A stretch of DNA of 41,374 bases, taken from the NCBI GenBank assembly GCA_964360995.1, contig CAYHYZ010000005.1:1-41374 (forward strand), in the 5' to 3' direction. How positions within the stretch are numbered: the stretch's first letter is position 1; each line of letters starts with the position of its first letter. This DNA comes from an uncultured Candidatus Saccharibacteria bacterium. Its GTDB lineage: Bacteria > Patescibacteriota > Minisyncoccia > Ryanbacterales > HO2-45-13. The notes under the pieces were generated by a model that was given only the letters and a program-made list of their open reading frames with translations, was not told the origin of the DNA and searched no databases. Below are positions 8,294 to 13,653 of this stretch, piece by piece. Position numbers and translations under genes: made by a program.

Positions 8294-8614
8294 CTAGCCG
8301 AGTTGTGCGTGTGTCACTGCTACGCGACATCGATCACAGGCATCGATGTCGATGAACAATATATTTCCAACCTCGCGAAATGCGTGCGGCTGTCCGTGCG
8401 GACAACGGAATCGTCCGTAGACGAGACCGGTGCCTCGCATACCATTATGCGCAATCGCAACGTCAGAAACACGAGTTCTGCAGTGTCCACATGCGAGTTG
8501 TACGATCACACCCATCTGCGTGCTACACGGTGTAAATGTTACTCCGTTCGGCACGCCTGTGTGACCACACTTCCACGAAAGAATGAGTTTCGTGGGCTCA
8601 CTCGTCACTAGCAT
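8294..8614 (-). CDS. Cys/His-rich small protein (putative zinc-binding), unknown family
   Basis: 106 aa with WKCGH, CGHC, CPHG and CDRC motifs. G+C-rich. Has no SD of its own; its ATG is embedded in the stop region of an SD-led 15-codon upstream ORF. Confidence 0.55.
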   Translation of the reverse strand: MLVTSEPTKLILSWKCGHTGVPNGVTFTPCSTQMGVIVQLACGHCRTRVSDVAIAHNGMRGTGLVYGRFRCPHGQPHAFREVGNILFIDIDACDRCRVAVTHAQLG

Positions 8615-8655
8615 GAGTCAAAAGTACATGAGCGGCAGCTGTACTGCTCTGCCAT
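8608..8655 (-). CDS. 15-codon Cys-rich leader ORF (MAEQYSCRSCTFDSC)
   Basis: AAAGGAGGT lies 6 nt upstream of ATG 8655. The stop TAG (8610-8608) overlaps the ATG (8614-8612) of the downstream ORF in another frame. Confidence 0.3.
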   Translation of the reverse strand: MAEQYSCRSCTFDSC

Positions 8656-8772
8656 AGAGCACCTCCTTTTTGGAAGATTGTCGAAAGAACGGTACTTAGG
8701 TAGCTAGCCAGATTTGCAACCTATTGTCAACCGAGCGCCCCATGCGGCCTGACCGGCATATATCATGCTCGG

Positions 8773-9042
8773 TCAATCGGGAAAGAACCCCCACGTCACC
8801 GCCTCATAAAAACACTTTCGCTCGCGCACCTGAAGCACAATGACTTCCCCAACACGAGGGACTCTACGCTCCTTCTCCACATTAAAGACGAGAGAACCAT
8901 CGTGGTTATTACACGACCGCCCCACAACGATCGGAACTCGAACCTTCCTGCCATTGAGAACAGCAAGAAAATACCCAGCACGGCGACATTCCTTGCGATC
9001 AACAACCTCTGCGAGTCCCACAAGGCACCCTTCATGTTGCAT
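8773..9042 (-). CDS. hypothetical small protein (89 aa)
   Basis: ORF 8773-9060 trimmed to ATG 9042 (MQHEGCLVGL...), which is preceded by AAGGAGGGCGTT. G+C-rich; no recognisable family. Confidence 0.55.
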   Translation of the reverse strand: MQHEGCLVGLAEVVDRKECRRAGYFLAVLNGRKVRVPIVVGRSCNNHDGSLVFNVEKERRVPRVGEVIVLQVRERKCFYEAVTWGFFPD

Positions 9043-9067
9043 AACGCCCTCCTTTGGCATTCAGTTT

Positions 9068-9107
9068 TCAAAGAACGAAACAGCCCTGCACAGGTGGTGC
9101 AGGGCTG
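9068..9107 (-). terminator. intrinsic terminator downstream of the minus-strand tRNA cluster
   Basis: Perfect 11-bp stem cagccctgcac/gtgcagggctg (9081-9091/9097-9107). On the minus strand it is followed by TTTCGTTCTTT. Confidence 0.65.
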
Positions 9108-9243
9108 GCTGGTATCCGAGAATTATTTCCTAGACACGAGTAAAACCTCCACCACGGGACGTGGTGAGAAGGCAGAGGAAATTCATTGCTTGCGCGCGAA
9201 ACAGCATATGTATATATAATAATTCCTCCGCACAAATATATTT

Positions 9244-9378
9244 GTGGGCGATGTAGGACTCGAACCTACGACCTTCGCTGTGTATAATATTGAACCGTCG
9301 CGATGCTGATGTTACTTCGTAACACCGCTCCGGCGTAATGTTGCACATTACGTACCCTACCAACTTCGCTAATCACTA
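9244..9378 (-). pseudogene. decayed tandem copy of tRNA-Val (intact 3' half, degenerate 5' half with inserted hairpins)
   Basis: 9244-9284 is identical over 41 nt to 9396-9436 (anticodon TAC through the acceptor 3' strand). The upstream part GTGATTAGCGAAGTTGGTAGGGT only resembles the acceptor/D arm, the acceptor pairs at 5/7, and about 70 nt of hairpins (CGTAATGT-GCA-ACATTACG; TGTTAC-GAA-GTAACA) are inserted. Confidence 0.6.
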
Positions 9379-9393
9379 AAATAAAATGCACCC

Positions 9394-9469
9394 TGGTGGG
9401 CGATGTAGGACTCGAACCTACGACCTTCGCTGTGTAAAAGCGCTGCTCTACCAGCTGAGCTAATCGCCC
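9394..9469 (-). tRNA. tRNA-Val(UAC), CCA encoded
   Basis: The reverse complement reads GGGCGAT TA GCTC AGCTGGTA GAGC A GCGCT TT-TAC-AC AGCGA AGGTC GTAGG TTCGAGT CCTAC ATCGCCC A CCA. Confidence 0.92.
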
Positions 9470-9475
9470 GAAACG

Positions 9476-9529
9476 TGTCCACCCTACCATCCGCCAACTG
9501 GCGGAGAGCTAATCGCCCACCAGGGTGCA
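9476..9529 (-). repeat. tRNA-Val 5'-end fragment plus the arm of an 18-nt inverted repeat
   Basis: On the minus strand TGCACCCTGGT-GGGCGATTAGCTC lies 39 nt upstream of the real tRNA. The 13-nt GGGCGATTAGCTC duplicates the tRNA 5' end. 9512-9529 is the exact reverse complement of 9387-9404 (tRNA 3' strand + CCA + trailer). Confidence 0.7.
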
Positions 9530-9670
9530 CTCGATCACTGATTTATACCAGAAACCAAAAAAAAATTCTATATAAGGTATTGTGGTCACGCGTATTGCAT
9601 GCGCCGCCACGCTCGCAATCGCGCGACCCCGGCTCGTGGTTTTGGTTGTTACCAAAACATCACTCCGCCT

Positions 9671-9720
9671 GACACAGTACACAAAAAAATATCGCAGGAT
9701 GTTTTTTTGTGTACTGTGTC
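9671..9720 (-). terminator. 19-bp perfect hairpin abutting the tRNA-Arg 3' end
   Basis: gacacagtacacaaaaaaa (9671-9689) pairs with tttttttgtgtactgtgtc (9702-9720) across a 12-nt loop. It overlaps the last 4 nt of tRNA-Arg. Confidence 0.5.
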
Positions 9721-9788
9721 CCCGGCAGGAATCGAACCTGCACCACCTCCTTCGGAGGGAGATATTGTATCCATTCAACTACAGGGAC
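9717..9788 (-). tRNA. tRNA-Arg(CCG)
   Basis: The reverse complement reads GTCCCTG TA GTTG AATGGATA CAAT A TCTCC CT-CCG-AA GGAGG TGGT GCAGG TTCGATT CCTGC CGGGGAC A. CCA is not encoded. Confidence 0.9.
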
Positions 9789-9833
9789 GTCTGTGATTTT
9801 CTACAAGCTAAAAGCTGTCAGCTCCAAGCTGTT

Positions 9834-10352
9834 CTATGTATGGAGATCTGCAACGACAAACGCGCCGTACGCATCGGGCTTGATGACTGGCTCAAACCCA
9901 TATCCTTTTACCATTCCGCTGACACCATCCACGAGCTCCCGCGTGGGACCTTGCGTGCCGATATCTAAGTGAATGTGCTGAAATGTAATACGCTTGTCCC
10001 ATACAATCTCATCTCCAAACTGCTCGCGCAACACCGAGCGTAACTCCTGAGCGAGCGTGATAGACCGCATAGCTTCCTTCCAAATACGATCGCGCATGGT
10101 CATAACGGAGCGCTCCTCCGTGCGTGTATAAAAATATATTCCACCATTTCCTACTCTGCGAAACACCACCGATGTAACGAATTGAACGTCGCGCTCTCCG
10201 GCGCGTGAATCAGTGCCTATCACAATCTCATAGTCACGTTCGGGATCACGCTCCATGTACGCACGCATCGCATCCAACATTGACGTAACCGAAAAACGCT
10301 CACCATATGAGTTTATAAAATTCAGATCATTAGATAAGTGTTTGTTGGACAT
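9834..10352 (-). CDS. YkuK-like (DUF458) RNase H-fold protein
   Basis: 172 aa. The YEIVIGTDSRAGERDVQFVTSVVFRRVGNGGIYFY and FQHIHLDIG blocks resemble the YkuK family pattern, recalled from memory. Confidence 0.55.
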   Translation of the reverse strand: MSNKHLSNDLNFINSYGERFSVTSMLDAMRAYMERDPERDYEIVIGTDSRAGERDVQFVTSVVFRRVGNGGIYFYTRTEERSVMTMRDRIWKEAMRSITLAQELRSVLREQFGDEIVWDKRITFQHIHLDIGTQGPTRELVDGVSGMVKGYGFEPVIKPDAYGAFVVADLHT

Positions 10353-11157
10353 CTTCTTCTAGTAAATACGTGTGGTCGGTCAGCGTTATTGCCGCAACTG
10401 CATCGAACGGAAATGTCCGCTTACCCTTCCGCTCGTGACAATACCCCTCGAATGATTTCCGGTCAATGTGTGTAACATCCACTCGAGTTTCGGGGCTGTC
10501 CTTTGACGCACTCGACATGAGTAATTTTACGACAATAGTTTTACGCTCATCAAGCGCACGACGCACCAAGTGTGGTACATCATTTTGCGAAATCTCTCTC
10601 CAGCGCACGGGCACTGCTATTTTTCCCCCTCCATATTTCGAAATGAAATACACTTCCCCGTGCTGACTTCCATACTCATAAAGATCTTTCGTAAGACGCA
10701 CATCCTGCAAGCAATATGATTTCACTTTTTCTTTCTCGCCCGCGCGCCACCATGTAATTGCATCAAGTCCGTGTCCTGATTTTTCAGCACCGAGCGTTGC
10801 TTTCGATAAACTATCAAGCGAGATACGAAACCCCGCGCCTCGCGCAACATCATCCATTAAATCCAACATTTGCAACGTAAAGACGTTCACTCCAACATGC
10901 GGAGCAAGCACCGGAATATCAAAATCGCGAATGTTAAACCCAATCACTCGGCGAGCGCCCTTGAGCACTTCGGTGAGTTTGGAAAATTCGTGCGCTTCGT
11001 ATGCGTAGTACGAATTATCTGCATATGAATATACGCCCACAACCGTCACCCCAAGATCGATGAGATGATCTCGTCCTCCCACTTCATCAAACGATTTTTC
11101 TGTTTCTATATCAAAAACAATGTCGTGTTCCATAATTATGCGTGAGCACTCATCCAA
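10330..11157 (-). CDS. DEDD-type 3'-5' exonuclease (RNase H-like fold) with a C-terminal WYL-like beta-barrel tail
   Basis: Exo motifs IVFDIETE, GFNIRDFDIPVL, SYCLQDVRLTKDLY. The C-terminal ~90 aa (VDVTHIDRKSFEGYCHERKGKRTFPFDAVAAITL) resembles a WYL/SH3-like module. The likely start is ATG 11133 (MEHDIVFDIET), 2 nt after the upstream stop. Confidence 0.7.
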   Translation of the reverse strand: MDECSRIIMEHDIVFDIETEKSFDEVGGRDHLIDLGVTVVGVYSYADNSYYAYEAHEFSKLTEVLKGARRVIGFNIRDFDIPVLAPHVGVNVFTLQMLDLMDDVARGAGFRISLDSLSKATLGAEKSGHGLDAITWWRAGEKEKVKSYCLQDVRLTKDLYEYGSQHGEVYFISKYGGGKIAVPVRWREISQNDVPHLVRRALDERKTIVVKLLMSSASKDSPETRVDVTHIDRKSFEGYCHERKGKRTFPFDAVAAITLTDHTYLLEEDVQQTLI

Positions 11158-11810
11158 TCAATAATCGTGTCAATGTAATCCGGCCACTGCATTAATATGT
11201 CTGTCCCATGTCCCCCTTCATCAAAAATTTCTACTTGCGCTCGCCCGTGACTGGCGTCTGCGATATGTTTGAGGATGGTGTCTGGCTGCTCCTCTCCCAT
11301 GCGCGTATCGTCGCGTGCGGCAAGCAACATGATTGATTGTTCTTCTCGCACCTTCCCCGCCGCTGGAATAGCGCGCACGCCGTAATAATCAATCCCCGGC
11401 GAGATGCATACTGCGGTAGCAACATCAGCAGAATTCGCGACCATCTGGAGTGCAAGATTTGCTCCTATCGAAGCGCCCATCACATGGAGATACGTTGCCC
11501 CTTGTGCCTGTACATAGGCCGCTGCAGCTTCAGCATCATGAATGGCTGCTTGATGTTCTGTATTTGTGAAAGAGTGAAATCCATCTGGCCCACCCTCTGA
11601 TTCACCGTGCCCCCTGAGATCAATGGTGAGTACGTGAAAACCATGATCTTGCAATTTGAGCGCCACTTCGTCCCATGATTCGCGCGTAGCAGGCATCATA
11701 TGCAACAGCACGATTCCCGCGGTCGTGGACCCATGGTAATAATCCCCGACAATACGCTTACTATCAGACGTCGTAAGGGTAATGGAAGTAACTGAGTTTG
11801 CGTGTGCCAT
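11136..11810 (-). CDS. alpha/beta-fold serine hydrolase
   Basis: GIVLLHMMPATRESW, HVLTIDLRGHGESEG, nucleophile elbow VMGASIGANLAL (GxSxG), C-terminal GGHGTD. Confidence 0.85.
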   Translation of the reverse strand: MAHANSVTSITLTTSDSKRIVGDYYHGSTTAGIVLLHMMPATRESWDEVALKLQDHGFHVLTIDLRGHGESEGGPDGFHSFTNTEHQAAIHDAEAAAAYVQAQGATYLHVMGASIGANLALQMVANSADVATAVCISPGIDYYGVRAIPAAGKVREEQSIMLLAARDDTRMGEEQPDTILKHIADASHGRAQVEIFDEGGHGTDILMQWPDYIDTIIDWMSAHA

Positions 11811-11855
11811 ACAAAAAGATGAGGTATTTTAGCATAGGAAAAGGAATAGTAAGGC

Positions 11856-11884
11856 TTGACAGATACTGGGGTGTGTAGTATACT
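11856..11884 (+). promoter_or_regulatory. near-consensus sigma70-type promoter
   Basis: TTGACA (11856-11861), exact 17-nt spacer, TATACT (11879-11884). Lies about 55 nt upstream of the 11941 ORF. Confidence 0.65.
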
Positions 11885-11940
11885 CACCGACGAACGCAGA
11901 TCTTGCCCACCTTTGGCGGCGTTCCAATATTTCGAGGAGG

Positions 11941-12180
11941 ATGAGGGTGAGGGCAATCATTAAGGAGCTGACCGGAGACGGGTGCATGCGAATGCTCCCG
12001 ATAAAAAACGAGGATGATCGTGGTTGGGAAACGGAGGACGACATGTCCGACGCTTCTCCTGAGTTCTGCCTCGATGAGGAAACGGTCGACCGTGTACACG
12101 GACTGATGGAGTTCGGAATGCACGTGACGCCGGCACCGCGGCCGCGCTCGAGAGCAAAGCTCCACCTGGTCAAGCGATAA
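11941..12180 (+). CDS. small acidic hypothetical protein (79 aa)
   Basis: GAGGAGG sits immediately upstream; an alternative GTG start at 11947 gives better spacing. Has its own promoter and terminator, is G+C-rich, and matches no recognisable family. Competing antisense ORFs look like shadows. Confidence 0.5.
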   Translation: MRVRAIIKELTGDGCMRMLPIKNEDDRGWETEDDMSDASPEFCLDEETVDRVHGLMEFGMHVTPAPRPRSRAKLHLVKR

Positions 12181-12263
12181 TTCGCAGGGTCAGGTGGTCA
12201 GATAAAGTTTTTTGAGGAGGATACGCCGATTAGTAGATAGCCGGGAAAAACTGAATATCGCAA

Positions 12264-12303
12264 AGGCCCCCCGCCGCAAGGTGTATGGGGGCCTATTTTT
12301 TAT
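12264..12303 (+). terminator. intrinsic terminator after the small acidic ORF
   Basis: AGGCCCCC/GGGGGCCT stem (12264-12271/12287-12294) followed by ATTTTTTAT. Overlaps the stop codon of the convergent methyltransferase gene. Confidence 0.7.
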
Positions 12304-12871
12304 CCCGCACCAGTTGATACGCGGCAATCCCGAACGCAACAGATACATTGAGAGATTCTTTTTTGCCGCGCATAGGTATGAAAAGTATTGCATCGCACTT
12401 ACCAAGCACGCTTTTTGAAAGCCCCCGCACTTCATTCCCCATAATACATACTAACGGTTTTTTAACGGTATATGAAAAGATATCTTTTGCATTTCTCGTC
12501 CGCTCAATTGCATACACTGCATATCCTTGTTGTTTGAACGCACGAATACTCGCTCCAATATTTTTTGTATGACTCCATACCACATTTCGCTCCGCCCCTA
12601 GCGCGGTTTTTGCAAATTCTTTTCGCACTATCCCCAATAGGTCTGTGGGAGACGGAGTATACCCAGAAAGTATGAGCGTGTGAATTCCTGCCGCGTCTGC
12701 AGTACGAAACATCGCCCCGACGTTTTGAAGGGAGCGAATATTATGGAGAATTGCCGTTGCTTCCAAATTACTTTTTGGGAGTCTTTTTTGCTTTTGCTGC
12801 TTTCCGCTTCGGTTTTTTTTCAACCGCTGGAGCAACGGAAGCTGCTTTGAGGCGCGCATATTCACTGGCAA
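12293..12871 (-). CDS. SpoU/TrmH-family RNA 2'-O-methyltransferase
   Basis: SPOUT motifs LHNIRSLQNVGAMFRTADAAG, CIMGNEVRGLS, IPMRGKKESLNVSVAFGIAAY. The first ~35 codons overlap the upstream ORF. A TTG at 12766, 1 nt after that ORF's stop, would give a 158-aa core-only protein. Confidence 0.85.
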   Translation of the reverse strand: MPVNMRASKQLPLLQRLKKNRSGKQQKQKRLPKSNLEATAILHNIRSLQNVGAMFRTADAAGIHTLILSGYTPSPTDLLGIVRKEFAKTALGAERNVVWSHTKNIGASIRAFKQQGYAVYAIERTRNAKDIFSYTVKKPLVCIMGNEVRGLSKSVLGKCDAILFIPMRGKKESLNVSVAFGIAAYQLVRDKK

Positions 12872-13007
12872 TGATGGTCTTCACTTCGCTGTCGATCGTG
12901 CCGGCACGGCGAAGATCCGCTTTCTTTGTGCGAATAAATATTTTCCAGCTCTTTGGATTGCGCGAAGTCATTGGGGACACTGTAGCAGTAGAATGGCAGA
13001 CCTGCAA
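12768..13007 (-). CDS. small lysine-rich basic protein, unknown function
   Basis: Starts directly after the ruvA stop (TTG 13007, or ATG 12971 MTSRNPKSW...). Ends in KKPKRKAAKAKKTPKK. Confidence 0.4.
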   Translation of the reverse strand: MQVCHSTATVSPMTSRNPKSWKIFIRTKKADLRRAGTIDSEVKTIIASEYARLKAASVAPAVEKKPKRKAAKAKKTPKK

Positions 13008-13589
13008 CTATTCACTTCCTTTCTTCCCAAGACTACGAAGCGCCATTTGTACGCGTTTCTTTATTTCTATGACATCGCTTGGTATACCGCGAAGTGCGTC
13101 TCGTGCCTCTTCCCCGGAATACCCCAGCGATATTAATGCCTCAAGCGCATCTGCGTCGCCACTGGTATACATTACATGCTCCGCCCCACCACTCAATTTA
13201 TCTCGTAGTTCCAGAACTACTTTTTCAGCAGTCTTTTTTCCTATACCTGCAACTTTTGTGAGGTGCCGCATGTCCCCTGCGGCTATTGCGCGTTGCAACT
13301 GATCAACGGGACCAACACCAAGAATGCCGAGTGCAGAACGAGGGCCAATACCGGAAATAGAAATGAGTTGTAGAAAAAACGTGAGTTCGGCGCGTGAAAA
13401 AAATCCATACAAATCCATGACATCCTCACGCACATGCAAGTGCGTGTGCAGTGCAATGTGGGATCCCTCTATTCCTACGCGCCCCAAATCGGTATCGGAC
13501 ATGAACACTTGGTATCCCACACCTCCAACGTCCACGATGACATGCTTGAGTGACCGAAACGCAACCGTGCCACGAAGAAGCGCAATCAT
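13008..13589 (-). CDS. ruvA: Holliday junction branch migration complex subunit RuvA
   Basis: MIALLRGTV...VIVDVGGVGYQV OB domain; HhH motifs ISGIGPRSALGIL and VAGIGKKTAEKVVLEL; C-terminal domain III. Confidence 0.93.
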   Translation of the reverse strand: MIALLRGTVAFRSLKHVIVDVGGVGYQVFMSDTDLGRVGIEGSHIALHTHLHVREDVMDLYGFFSRAELTFFLQLISISGIGPRSALGILGVGPVDQLQRAIAAGDMRHLTKVAGIGKKTAEKVVLELRDKLSGGAEHVMYTSGDADALEALISLGYSGEEARDALRGIPSDVIEIKKRVQMALRSLGKKGSE

Positions 13590-13635
13590 ATCAAGAAAAA
13601 TAGTAAATTGTTGAAATACATCCCGACCTGCATAC

Positions 13636-13644
13636 TGGTACTAT
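13636..13644 (+). promoter_or_regulatory. extended -10 element upstream of uvrB
   Basis: TGGTACTAT ends 9 nt before ATG 13654. No SD lies between them. Confidence 0.35.
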
Positions 13645-13653
13645 ACCCGACAC

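Noticed and set aside
8608-8655. Merging the 15-codon uORF and the 106-aa Cys-rich ORF by a programmed or erroneous frameshift
   Set aside because: The downstream frame has an in-frame TGA two codons before its ATG, and no slippery heptamer is present. Only an indel inside about 6 nt could fuse them. Kept as a coupling hypothesis.
9130-9968. ORFs 9130-9363, 9266-9490, 9475-9672, 9509-9778, 9582-9968 and others across the tRNA cluster
   Set aside because: They translate straight through tRNA genes, pseudo-tRNA repeats and hairpins. There is no coding signal.
11829-12173. Minus-strand ORFs (114, 93, 65 aa) antisense to the small acidic ORF
   Set aside because: No promoter or RBS was found on that strand. 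The plus strand has a consensus promoter, an SD and a terminator. The high G+C content inflates random ORF length here.
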